From the NCBI RefSeq assembly GCF_006345805.1, contig NC_043007.1:15128001-15192000 (forward strand): 64,000 nt of DNA, written 5' to 3'. The notes under the pieces were generated by a model. It had not been told where the DNA came from and did no database searches. It saw nothing but the letters and a program-made list of their open reading frames with translations. Shown here piece by piece: positions 1 through 13,104 of the stretch (its first letter is position 1; each line of letters begins with the position of its first letter). The DNA comes from Octopus sinensis (Eukaryota). Made by a program: the position numbers and the translations under genes.

Positions 1-1458
1 ATTATTATATTATTATTAAAGCGGGAGCTGGCAGAATCGTTAGGAAGCTGGACAAAATGCTTTGCGACATTTCGTCCGACTTTACGTTCTGAGTTCGAAA
101 TCCGCCAAGGTCGACTTTGCCATTCATTCTTCCGGGGGTTCATGAATGAAGTACCAGTGAAACAGCAGGGTTGATATAATCCATTGATGAATGACGATAT
201 GTGCATCTCTGGTCACGAACAGAAGCAGTGGGGGAGCATCATAGCTATATGTTGAGAGGAAATCTTTGGGGTGTGAACAATGCAGCTCTGGAAAGAGCTA
301 GGGGACGACTGGAACGCTATCTTTGAAGTACGCTTGGACTATGTGGGTTTAAGTGATAAAAGCAGGGTACAAAAGTCTCGTAAGCCTATCCAAACGTTTC
401 TAACTATTTGACAGGTATCGACTGGTTTTCCCGACTCTAGTCGGTCAGAGAACCATCGAACCCTTTCAGTAAACAAATAGACTGAGGGAAACTAAGCCAT
501 TTCCTCGCTCATTGAGATTATTCATGGTAGCTGCTGCGGCGTTTACGTCATGAATACCATCAACAACTGCCCCATAAAACCAGCAACTATTTTCAGCAAC
601 AACACCACGAGGCTCCGGCAGGGGGTGGTGGCGACCCCTGTTGTACTCTTTCGCTCCAGCTTTTTCTCACTCTTTCTTACTGTTTCTGATCCCCGACTTC
701 CTACGCAACCGCTGAGCCTGGATGCGCATTCATCCATCCGTCGATGCTTTCGGTGTCGGGGGTTGACCTGCTTTCTCTTCTACGCGTCTTACGAATAGCA
801 AAGGACCACGTTTCGGACTTCTCCCATCTTGCGAGCTCTGGAACGAAGACCGTTCGCTCAACAGCAACAGCAACAGCAGCAACACCAGCCGTCCAAGAAT
901 TGGGACCTGGAGATCTCCATTTCCAGCGACTTCGAGGGGCCACCTCCCAGTGGTGTCGGGCGTCAACGAAAAGCCCTCGACTACAACAAGACGACCAAAG
1001 TTTTTTTCCCAAGGTCTGGAGTCTCCCGCCCCTAAGCCCTAGACCATCACCTAATCACCCTTACCCATCTCGTTACTTAACAACAACAACAACAACAGCA
1101 GCAGCAGCAGTAACATCAATGTGAACGTTGTTGACGCGTAGATAAAACTATTTCCATTCCTCACCAAGGATAGATGTATGACCAGGGGCATGACATCAAC
1201 TATTTATAAGAATTTAAACTGTGATTTGAATGAGATCTTTTCAACACCTATAGGATGTCCAGTCTCCCTTATTGACTCACTGATGCATATGATTTTCATC
1301 TTTATAACTTGGTATCAACATAACTGACCTGAAACTGGATGCCTTGTCTTATTGAATTTCCTAGCCTGACAGTATTTGCATGGCCTTTCATTCTTCGACT
1401 TGATAAAACAACTACAATATGTCGCATTTGTCTACAGATGAATAAATGACGAGTAATA

Positions 1459-2002
1459 CAGGGTCAGGCAAAATGATCTGATACATTTGTAGGTTAAATA
1501 AAAGGCATTGTTTTTCGTTTCTTTTTCAGTTGCTGCCATGAATTGGACTGGTGAGCATCGCGCTTTCATTGTGGAAACGTTTATCAAAACAAACGATTCT
1601 GTAACTGCAACACAAAGAGCGTTCCGTTTGCACTTCAATCTTGGTAGACATGATCCCGTACCAGCTCGAAACACGACCTTGTTATGGGTTACCAACTTCA
1701 GAGCTACTGGATCTGCATTGAAACGAAAATCAACCGGCCGACCAACTTAAAGGTGCAATTTGTCAAGAAATTACTGCCATTCCACATGAAATGACCCGCC
1801 GAGTTATTGACAACTTTCGTGAACGCCTTCGACAGTGTGTGGACAATAATGGATCCCATTTGACTGATTTGATTTTTAAAACATAATGGAACAAAATGCC
1901 ATTATATGTTCTTTTCAAAAATAAAAACACTTTTTTGTTTTTTTTACTTCATTTGCCTTTTATTTAACCTTCAAATGTGTCAGATCATTTTGCCTGACCC
2001 TG
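1459..2002 (+). mobile_element. Internally deleted Tc1/mariner-superfamily DNA transposon
   Basis: ~30-bp TIRs CAGGGTCAGGCAAAATGATCTGA / TCAGATCATTTTGCCTGACCCTG with TA TSD. N-terminal HTH remnant (ATQRAFRLHF...WVTNFRATGS...TGRP) and C-terminal remnant FRERLRQCVDNNGSHL. Confidence 0.9.
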
Positions 2003-2419
2003 TATAATGAATTATTTTTATGAAAAGCCAACGTTATCAAGTAGTGCTTGTATGCCTAAATGTAATGAGCAAATTACGAATGAATTTTCTTGTTTTCAGA
2101 TACAATTACGTGTTACATTATTCATCTGCAATTTGTGTCCATGTTTACCCGTTTGTATCTCATAAATAGTAACGATATTGCTAATATAATTTTCTTATAT
2201 CTCAAATATTACTTATGAAATTTGAAGTGACACTTCATTTATCGTCTTTGGAAATGCATTTGAGTTCTGAATTATGTTTAAATAGATCTGGCTAGACTCA
2301 GCAAAGAGTTTATAAACAAATGGTTATTATTCTCTTAAATGGTTACAAGAAATAAAATCATAGTATCACATTTCTAAAAGGCCAAACGAGACAAAAAATA
2401 AAAAAAAGGCAAAAAAAAA

Positions 2420-2451
<32 letters not shown>

Positions 2452-3689
2452 AGTTTCTGCCATGCGATAGACATAACACTATTCATTCTGAAGAAGTTTT
2501 GGTTTTACAATAAATTTTTGAAAAAAATTATAAAAATCGTATTTGCTTTAAATAGCTCTAATATTTTAACACAAATGTTGTTGGTAATTGATAATTAGGA
2601 TGAAAAATTCTCTGCAAGACGTGTGTTTGCAGACAGTTGTCTTCTGACATTATGAAAATTAATTGAGATTTGTTTAGTTCTAAAATGTCTGGCGTACACT
2701 GAAGAAATTCAATAGACACATCAATAAAACATTGTTTCAAGGCATTTGAGGTGTTTTGAAAGTCTAAGAATCTGCCTCATATATATTCTCTCGGTGACTC
2801 TCTGTACCATGTCGAACTACCAAAGATCAAACAAATACGAGACACCGCTCGGTGTAATATAGAAATACGATATCAGGATGAAGATACATAAATGAACCCA
2901 AACGCAGCAAGAAAAGAAAAACAATAACAACAATGACAATAATATCAACAGCAACATTAACAACAACAACAACAGCAACAACAACAACAACAATCACTTG
3001 TAAAGTTCGCACAACGAGGGGCATTAGTCGATTAAACTGACTCTTGTTCTTAACTGGTACGTTTAGTGACCCCGGAAGTAAGAAAGGCAAAGCCGACCCG
3101 GGCGGATTTACAGCAATAATAATTATCCTTTTTGTTATAGGCCCAAAGCGGGAAATTTGGGGGTGGGGGACTGTCGATTGCATCTACCCCCAGTACTCAA
3201 CTGGTACTTATTTTATCGACCTCGAAAGGATGACAAACAACTCGACCTAGGCAGAATTTGGACTCAGAACTTTAAGATGGACGAAATATCTATTTCTTTA
3301 CTACCCACAAGGGGCTAAACACAGAGGACAAACAAGCTCAATCAAACGGATTAAGTCGATTACATCGACCCAGTACGTAACTGGTACTTATTTAATCGAC
3401 CCCGAAAGGATGAAAGGCTAAGTCGACCTCGGCGGAATTTGAATTCAGAACGTAACGGCAGACGAAATACCGCTAAGCATTTTACTCGGCGTGCTAACGA
3501 TTGCGCCAGCTCACCATCAATACAATAATAATAGGAGAGTATTGTAGTTCGCTTGAAGCATTGTGTATTGTTTGTAAAGAATAAAAAGTTTTGAATGGTA
3601 CAACAATGCACTGTAATACAAACAATGAGCTATATACCTGTTGTAATTTAGTCATCCATAGTCAGATATGATATTTCGGAATAATATTC

Positions 3690-3769
3690 TTATATTTCGG
3701 AATGGTCATTTTGCCAGTTTAGCCAATAAATATTGGCTAAACTGGCAAAATGACCATTCCGAAATATAA
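3690..3769. repeat. 80-bp palindrome
   Basis: TTATATTTCGGAATGGTCATTTTGCCAGTTTAGCCAATA-AA-TATTGGCTAAACTGGCAAAATGACCATTCCGAAATATAA. Confidence 0.9.
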
Positions 3770-4440
3770 CAATATCTGTTTCAACACACGACTTCACATA
3801 AAAAATCTTGCACAACAAATATTTAAACGGAATAATATTCCTTCTTCAGATATTCATAGATGGAGTCGGTGCTATAATCGGTTTTCTAACAGCTCTTCAT
3901 TTTTATTTTTAGGAAGCGTCTCAGCAGTGGTCACACGATGCTCCTTCCGGAATTCCTCATGAGAAGTGTGTGAGGTCGGCCATGTCTCAGTCTCGTGTGT
4001 GCTGATGATATCGGAAAGCTTTCTTCCAACGCTCTAACACATCTTACAGCTTGCTAGGCCAAGGATTTCTCCTATTATTATTATTTCAGTAATCGTGCGG
4101 AATTCATGATAAATCTTGTTTCTCGACAGAAGAGAAAGTAAAACAAGAAGATACCAGAAATATATCTAAGCCAATAAGCTGCAAGTTGGCAGAATCGCTA
4201 GCAAGACGGGCAAAATGCTTAATGGAATTTCACTTGTCTTTACGTTCTGAGTTCAAATTCCACTGAGGTCGATTTTGCCTCTCATCCTTTCGACAGCGAT
4301 TAAATAAGTACCAGTTGAATACTGGAGTCGATCTAATCGTTTTATCTTCTCTCTGAAATTGCTAGTCACGTGCTAAAATTTGAAACCAATATATGACAGC
4401 CAATTGAAACACTTGTAGTGTTCCTTTAAGAAACCTAGTA

Positions 4441-4850
4441 ACTCTTTACTCTTTTTACTTGTTTCAGTCATTTGACTGCGGCCATGCTGGAGCACCGCCT
4501 TTAATCGAGCAACTCGACCCCGGGACTTATTCTTTTGTAAGCCCAGTACTTATGCTATCGGTCTCTTTTGCCGAACCGCTAAATAACGGGGACATAAACA
4601 CACCAGCATCGGTTGTCAAGCAATGCTAGGAGGACAAACACAGACACACAAACACACACACGCATATATATATATATACATATATACGACAGGCTTCTTT
4701 TCAGTTTCCGTCTACCAAATCCACTCACAAGGCTTTGGTCGGCCCGAGGCCATAGTAGAAGACACTTGCCCAAGGTGCCACGCAGTGGGACTGAACCCGG
4801 AACCATGTGATTGGTAAACAAGCTACTTACCGCACAGCCACTCCTGCGCC
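4441..4850 (-). mobile_element. tRNA-headed SINE family B with internal microsatellite and (AAAGAGT)n tail; representative copy
   Basis: GGCGCAGGAGTGGCTGTG.GGTAAG..GGTTCAGTCCC..(TA/TG)n..CAGCATGGCCGCAGTCAAATGACTGAAAC. Copies at 9815-10258, 17470-17870, 30890-31345, 34070-34515, 37700-38113, 44790-45295, 55995-56430. Confidence 0.85.
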
Positions 4851-5414
4851 TATATAATGCAAAAAGAATTTAAAGTTTTTCTGCCCCACTTCCAACCACT
4901 GTAAAGAAAACAAGTAATATTTGATCGTTTCTCGATTGAACAGACTTTTGTAAGTAAAAACAAGTAGAAAATACGAGACGATTAGTCTGACAGCAACCAT
5001 TAAAATTCTTTCTATTTTTTTTTTTTTTACAGTGACAGATTTATTAAAAGAAAAACCTAAAAACCTGAAAACGAAAAAAAAAATAAATACACAAATAAAC
5101 GGAAATATTGCAAAATTTTCTTTAGAAGTATTTGAAAATTGCACTTTTGCGTGCTTGGTTGTGTTTGTGATTGTTTATAGCTTAGACATAATGAAGGAGT
5201 TTATTGGAAGTAGAAATGAACAATATGAATAAGAAATGAGGGTATAAGGAAATGCTGTACGATCAAATATTTGTTGATGTTTCACCGATGTCGGTTTTAT
5301 TGTAAAATGTCAGCCATAGAAAAATGAAGCAGTGTTTAAGGTAGGTTTGTTATGCTTCGGTTTAGATACGTTCTGATTAGCTTTCTGTGTTGCATTGTTC
5401 GCTTTATTAGCAAG

Positions 5415-5449
<35 letters not shown>

Positions 5450-5601
5450 CACACACACACACATACACACACACAAACACACACACACAAACTCACACAC
5501 ACACATACACACACACACACACACAGATATACATATAATTATATGGATATATATATACATATACATACATACATATATACATACATGCATACGTACATAC
5601 A

Positions 5602-6605
5602 TAGGAATACTGGTGGAATATTCCCATCAAAATTTCTGTCAAATATAAGCAAAACAGGCCGGATATTGTTTGCGACAGACGGGTAAAGGTATGTACCATC
5701 ATAGACGTTAGCTACCTTGCAGATATACCGTAAATCCTCGAGTATAGTTCGCCCTTGAGTATAATACACAAGGGATGTTTAGGAGGCTGTACCTCTGAAA
5801 AACCTAAACCTTGTGTATAATACGCACCCCTTCTCTAACTTGAGTTAAGGAGGTCTATATAACGTCCTTGTTTTGTAAAACCGTATACGGTAACGTCCTT
5901 GATTATTATTGTATATATAACATAATGCAAACGTGTAGATTTTTTGTGCATTTTGTTTGCAGAAAATAAAGAAATAACAGTAATAACGTTTAATAAATGT
6001 TGCTTACTGCAAGTTATGGATGATTCTTTTATGACTTCATTGCTTTCAGGCTTACCTTAAAGTATTTTCGTGCCCGACATCACAAAATGCGTCTGAATAA
6101 ACATAGCCGGACAGCAAATAGAGACTCGGACATTGCTTATAAAATAATTCTCATTTTTAAAGTCGTATATAGTACGCACTAGGGGTTTTGACCATTACAT
6201 TTTTGGAAAAAAAAAGCGGATTATACTCGAGGATTTACGGTAAATGTCTATTTGAAAATCAAGGAAAAAGAGGATATCTATGAACTGCTTCGAAACATCC
6301 AACTTCTATATCCAGACTATGAATTCATACCAATAATAATTAGAGTACTATGTTTTGTTAATAAATGCTTAAAGGAGAATCTGGATAGACTGGGCTTTTC
6401 AGAAAGAGAAATCGACCGGTTAATTCGTACATTACAAGTGGAACAGTAAAAATATGCAAGACTTTTCTTAAGTTTCAAATGTGAATTTGTCTGTGATAAC
6501 TACATCCCAAAGATGGAGATTTGTATCATTGTTGGAAACCGGATCCCTCCTCAGTGGAAGACCTACGATAATTAAAAATAGAAGAGATACACCCCGACAC
6601 ATAAA
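5602..6605 (+). mobile_element. 3' end of a restriction-like-endonuclease non-LTR retrotransposon (R4/Dong-like), split by the MITE
   Basis: WWNIPIKISVKYKQNRPDIV..KVCTIIDVS before the MITE resumes as NVYLKIKEKEDIYELLRNIQLLYPDYEFIPIII after it (PD..D..K RLE signature). Confidence 0.75.
5728..6240. mobile_element. Non-autonomous pogo/mariner-type MITE inserted in a LINE fragment
   Basis: TIRs CCGTAAATCCTCGAGTATA / TATACTCGAGGATTTACGG flanked by TA. Confidence 0.85.
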
Positions 6606-6619
6606 TACACACATGTATG

Positions 6620-6651
<32 letters not shown>

Positions 6652-6990
6652 TGTATGTATGTATGTATGTATGAATATAGATTGAAAAACAATTGTTGGT
6701 GATCGAACAAACTTCTGACGTGTTGTTTTGATATGAAGAGCGCCAATAATCATTCTAACTTGTGGAAGCATATATGTATATATTCACAAAAAAACAAAAG
6801 AACAAAAAAACAAAAGACGAAGACAGGTGGTGTAGACAACAAACAAATATATTAGTTTAACGCTCGGGAAGTGAAAAAGTCTTTAACGTTTAGAGCCTAC
6901 GCTCTTCCACAGAAAGGAACACAGAAAGAAACAAGGAGAGAAAATAGAGAATGTGTAGTGGCTGTATATATATATATATATATATATATA

Positions 6991-7148
6991 CTTTATTTAA
7001 AGCAGCAGAAAATTCAACAAAACCTGTTACTCTGAGTTTCCCGTTGCCGTTCATCGGACAGTTTTTGCTAGCAAAAACTGTCCGATGAACGGCAACGGGA
7101 AACTCAGAGTAACAGGTTTTGTTGAATTTTCTGCTGCTTTAAATAAAG
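6991..7148. repeat. 158-bp perfect palindrome
   Basis: 79-bp arms, centre GCT|AGC, no spacer. Confidence 0.95.
7073..7120 (+). ncRNA. Minimal type-I hammerhead ribozyme (mirror copy on - strand within the palindrome)
   Basis: AAAAACUGU-CCGAUGA-A-CG(GCAA)CG-G-GAA-ACUC(A)GAGU-A-ACAGGUUUU: stems I/II/III and GUA cleavage triplet. Confidence 0.7.
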
Positions 7149-7254
7149 CATATTACTCTACCACTGGTATTTGAGTACTCTTTTTTCCACCTTGTTTCAC
7201 ATTTATGTGTTTACTCCGGTATATATATATATATATATAACTTTATATATATAT

Positions 7255-7905
7255 AACTTTACTTGTGCCTCTGAAAACATAATTTATGTCATTAAATGCT
7301 CGGGCTGCCACCAAGACTACGTGGGGTCCACGGGACTATCACTCAGACGTAGATGCACACTGCATCGACAACAGATTGCATTCCCAGAATATAGAATGAT
7401 ACCTTTTAGTGAGCACATTGAGAAATGCGCAAAGCAACTACAACCACAATTTTTAATCTTTCCATTTTACCAATGTGCTTTCGGATCATCAACACAAATT
7501 AGACTAAACAAGGAAACATTCTTCATTGAAAAGTACAAACCCAGACTCAACTATCCAAACATAATAATACAGAGAAATTCACACTAAGAGGAAAAGGGGA
7601 AAAAAAAAAAAAAAAAAAAATTTAAGCGATTATCTCCCTTACACCGGAAGAAATCACGCACTACCTTCCCTTATTTAGAACTCTCCGTAGCAAAAAAATA
7701 AGGATAACGCTATTAAAGATAAACATTACGTCGCAAGAAATTTGAAGAGCTAAATGCGAAACCGGTCTTTCTTTAAAAATTATAAAATTATGTCATTATA
7801 AGAAGGGAAAAAATTTTTTCCAATATTCTCCAGACATATTGACGCAAATATATATATTCTTTAACATTTAAGCCTTCTGTCGTTTTTTCACTCTTTACTA
7901 TTTTC
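7255..7905 (+). mobile_element. Penelope-like element 3' relic: GIY-YIG endonuclease plus pLTR
   Basis: [37 protein letters not shown]...KETFFIEKYKPRLN (IY-YVG with CxxC); inserted in (TA)n; hammerhead at 7735-7773. Confidence 0.85.
7735..7773 (+). ncRNA. Minimal hammerhead in the Penelope pLTR
   Basis: AAGAAA-U-UUGAAGA-GC(UAAAU)GC-GAA-ACCGGU-C-UUUCUU; palindromic stem III, GUC triplet, C3>U. Confidence 0.65.
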
Positions 7906-7928
7906 TTATATATATATATAAGTATATG

Positions 7929-8019
<91 letters not shown>

Positions 8020-8171
8020 ATATATATATATTACGGAGATGTACTTGCATAGCAAGTGATTTGATCTGAGATCGTGTGCTGGAACGAAAACAATTGCAGC
8101 GTGGAAGGTGTTTGTAAGCCATTTAAGAAACACACAAAAGCCGTTCGATTCACTTCAACATTTAAGTTTAA

Positions 8172-8222
8172 TTTGTCAAAATATTTTCGTCGCTTTAAGA
8201 CCGCGACCTGTTCACTGACAAA
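8172..8222 (-). ncRNA. Hammerhead with covariant G3-C8 core
   Basis: UUUGUCA-GUGAACA-G-GUCGC(GGUCUUAAA)GCGAC-GAA-AAUAUU-U-UGACAAA. Confidence 0.6.
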
Positions 8223-8275
8223 AATCCATGCAGCACGGATTTTTGTCAGTGAACACGCTGCAATTATATATGTAT

Positions 8276-8324
<49 letters not shown>

Positions 8325-8566
8325 CATATATATATATATACACATATGTATATATATATATGTGTATGCATATATGTGTATGTGTGTATATATATGTACC
8401 TATGTATGTATGCATGTAAGTATGTATGTATATTCCCTTATAGTCTGCTTCTGCGTGCGTTCATAGTTTTGTAACTCACATATTTAGTTACATAAACATT
8501 ATACACACACACAGACACACACACACATATATATATATATACTTACATACACATTTTCATGCAATG

Positions 8567-8619
<53 letters not shown>

Positions 8620-9952
8620 ATATATGCATTAATAATTATATACGCATTCACATACATCTGGATGAACGTTAGCATGTATCGGCACAACACCTGCACATAA
8701 AAAATGTATGACTGTATAAAGCAATATTCGAAAACTAGTCAATAATTCTTTGTTATGGCTATAAGACACGCCAAATTTCAGTATCAGGTCTTAGTAGTGA
8801 TCAACACGAAACTCTTCTATAGATTGTTGGCTTGTAATGGGGCCGTATCGGTGATAACGACTATAGAATATATAAATATATTTGAGCTCATCTGTATTAA
8901 GATTTATTGTAAATTAGATCCCATGGGGTCTTTTTTCTCGCTTGAAATTAAAATGTAGGTCAAACGGGTTTGTTGTATATTTTTCTATTTCTTTACTACC
9001 CACAAGGGGCTAAACACAGAGAGGACAAACAAGGACAGACAAACGGATTAAGTAGATTACATCGACCCCAGTGCGTAACTGGTACTTAATTTATCGACCC
9101 CGAAAGGATGAAAGGCAAAGTCGACCTCGGCGGAATTTGAACTCAGAACGTAACGGCAGACGAAATACCTATTTCTTTACTACCCACAAGGGGCTAAACA
9201 CAGAGGTCAAAAAGGACAGACAAACAGATTAAGTCGATTATATCGACCCCAGTGCGTAACTGGTACTTATTTAATCGACCCCGAATGGATGAAAGGCAAA
9301 GTCGACCTCGGCGGAATTTGAACTCATAACGTAACGGCAGACGAAATACGGCTACGCATTTCGCCCGGCGTGCTAACGTTTCTGCCAACTCGACGCCTTC
9401 AATATATGTTTATTGTATATTTTTCTCGGCTTGCTGCGCTTGTTCTAGTGGTTAGGGTGTTAGATCGTGATTTCGATTTCCACTCCGGACAGTGGGTTGA
9501 GTTCCTGAACAAAACATTTAATTTCACTTTGTTTCAGTTCAATCAACTGTTGATTAGTAACACGGTGATGGACTGCTATCCACTTCAGGGGTCAATGTTC
9601 TGATCTCAGTCGCTTATACGCCACAGAAATTGGGTAACAGTTTCTTTGAGTCCTTGTCCCCGAGACAGTACTTACTTTACCTCTGCTACAGTTAGAGGTC
9701 AAATCCTGCCGATGGCGCAGTTGGCTTTATTTTTCGGTTTCGATAAAAACGAAAGTAACAGTCCAGATCGGTGGATCTGTGCGACTCTTCGCGGCTGAAA
9801 AGTTATCTTGCACGTATGGCTGCGTGGCTAAGAAGCTCACATTGCAAGCACCTGGTCTCGGGTTCAGTCCCATTATACCTCACCTTGGGCAAGTATCTTC
9901 TGCTATATCACCCGGCAAATCAATACTTTCTGACGGAAACGCGAAGTCCGTC

Positions 9953-10075
<123 letters not shown>

Positions 10076-11518
10076 GTGTGTATGTGTGTGTGGTGTGTGT
10101 GTTTGCATTTGTACCTCCCCGCTCGCTTGATGTGAGGTATTGGTTTGTTTACGTCATCGTAACTTAGCATTTCATTAAAAGAGGCCGGTAGAATAAATAA
10201 GCACCAGACTTAAAAATAACCTCTGGGGGTCGATTTGTTCGACAAAATCCTCCAAGGTGTACGTAATCATGTCACTGACCGGTGACAAAAATAAATAAAA
10301 GGTAACATTTGTTCCCAATTATTGCGTTCTGACTTTTCGGATTGTAGATTTAATCCATTGCCTGGTTTGACACTGCTATTTTTCATTAGCCGTCTTGGGG
10401 GCAAATTTCCTCTTACTCTTTCTTTCGTTCTCCCTCTCTCTGTCTCTCTCTCTCTCTCTTGCAAGCATTCGGACCTGATATTCAGTTTCAGATCACCCTA
10501 ATCTCTTTCTTCCACCAATATCGGAGCCGTTGCAAAAATAGAGCTGCAGGCGTGTAGTGGGAATATTTTGCAATCGGATAATTATATCTGATTACGAGAT
10601 TCACAAGAATATTACCCACGAGATAAAAAAGAAATCCGACCAATCAAGACTTCACCTAGAACAGGCACCAACAAGAATTTCATCTTTTCGTACCTTTCTC
10701 TCTTAACCTATCTATTACTGTAAATTCTGCGCACCTTAGCTACTTGGACACTATAGTAGACGGCTAACAGAAACGGCTGACAGATGCTGACAACATAAAG
10801 GCAATGGATGGAAGCACTCCGTCGGTTACGACGATGAGGGTTCCGGTTGATCCGAATCAACGGAACAGCCTGCTCGTGAAATTAACGTGTAAGTGGCTGA
10901 GCACTCCACAGACACGTGTACCCTTAACGTAGTTCTCGGGGATATTCAGCGTGGCACAGAGAGTGACAAGGCCGGCCCTTTGAAATACAGGTACAACAGA
11001 AACAGGAAGTAAGAGTGAGAGAAAGTTGTGGTGAAAGAGTACAGCAGGGATCACCACCATCCCCTGCCGGAGCCTCGTGGAGCTTTTAGGTGTTTTCGCT
11101 CAATAAACACTCACAACGCCCGGTCTGGGAATCGAAACCGCGATCCTATGACCGCGAGTCCGCTGCCCTAACCACTGGGCCATTGCGCCTCCATAAAGGC
11201 AATAAACAGTATGAGGACGAAAAACATTCGAAGTCAGTAGCAGGGCAAGCAACTAACCAAATTGAACGATCGGAGACAGCAACACAACGATATGCAGCTA
11301 ACATTTTGATTGCAGATACGACGACATCAACCTAAGAACAATAATATCCAGATATGCATCTGTTGATATCTTCTCGTTCTTAATAATGACAACATTTGCG
11401 TTTTGTTTACAGAAAGAATAAATATTTTTTTAATAAAAAAATCTCAAGATATCAGTGTACTTCTTCGTAACAAGTTCCGTATTGGCCTATCATTCCCTTC
11501 TTACAATTTCAGCAATCT

Positions 11519-11627
11519 TGTATGTATGTATGTACGTATGTATGTATGTATGTATGTATGTATGTATGTATGTATGTATGTATGTATGTATGTATGTATG
11601 TATGTTTATATGAATATACATGCATTC

Positions 11628-11670
<43 letters not shown>

Positions 11671-11727
11671 GTATATATATATGTTTAAATATGTATATGT
11701 AATCTACATACTCATATATATATACAT

Positions 11728-11761
<34 letters not shown>

Positions 11762-12113
11762 TCACATATAGATATATGCATATAATATACAGATATATAT
11801 AAATTACACCTATATATATACAATATATATATATATATATATGTACATACATATATATATTTATATATCTAATATATATAAATATATATATATATATATA
11901 CATACATACATACATACATACATCCATAATACATACATACATACATACATATTATTATATATATATACATACATACATACATTACATAATTACATAAACA
12001 TACATACATACATACATATATATCTATAATATATATATATATATACATACATACTATATATATATCTAATATATATATATATATATATCATATAGATATA
12101 TATATATCTATAT

Positions 12114-12146
<33 letters not shown>

Positions 12147-12170
12147 ATATATATATATATAGATATACAC
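11519..12170. repeat. Compound microsatellite block (ATGT/TA/CA/CATA); representative of dozens across the window
   Basis: Direct reading; similar blocks at 7905-8030, 20060-20310, 24985-25270, 35245-36520, 45300-45650, 60660-60960, 63780-64000. Confidence 0.95.
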
Positions 12171-12511
12171 GGAAAAGTACTAGTACTCAATACAAACAAC
12201 AGATACGAAATGAGAGCATTTGCTTGTTTCAGCAAATATTTTGTCCAGAAATACAATTTTATCTTGTAATATGCTAAGAGAAAAAAATAATTTTGAGTTC
12301 AAACGAAGTAGAATAAATATTTATGTAGACAATTTCGTGAAATTGGTTTATTGTGACCAGTGTCGTCTGCATATTTTATGGAATCATGTATGCAGGCGTT
12401 TAGCTGTGTACGTTAGCATAAATATGCTTATGTTGGGTAATATAAACATATGCGCGCACGCACAGACACACACATTTATATCCACAAATCCTTACTCTCA
12501 CATACTATACC

Positions 12512-12542
<31 letters not shown>

Positions 12543-12667
12543 ACTCTCTCTTACAAACATATATACACACACATTGATACAGATTAACACAGAGAAACAT
12601 GAGCCCCTTCAAATGTAATCTCTTTCTTCCTCTTCTTCATCTGAGTGAAAATATATATGTATATATG

Positions 12668-12759
<92 letters not shown>

Positions 12760-12986
12760 TGTACATACATACATGCATACACACATACATAAATATGTAT
12801 GTATATATATATTCTTTGTTTTATTCTTTTAGTTTCAGTCATTTGACTGCGGCCATGCTGGAGCACCACCTTTAGTCGAATCAAATCGACTCCAGGACTT
12901 ATTCTTTGTAATCCTAGTGCTTATCCTATCGGTCTCGTTTGCTGAACCGTTAAGTTACAGGGACCTAATATATATGTATACACACA

Positions 12987-13034
<48 letters not shown>

Positions 13035-13044
13035 CACATAGATA

Positions 13045-13104
<60 letters not shown>

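Noticed and set aside
9194-9388. Recurrent [28 protein letters not shown]
   Set aside because: Chance reading frame of SINE family A, with scattered stops among copies.
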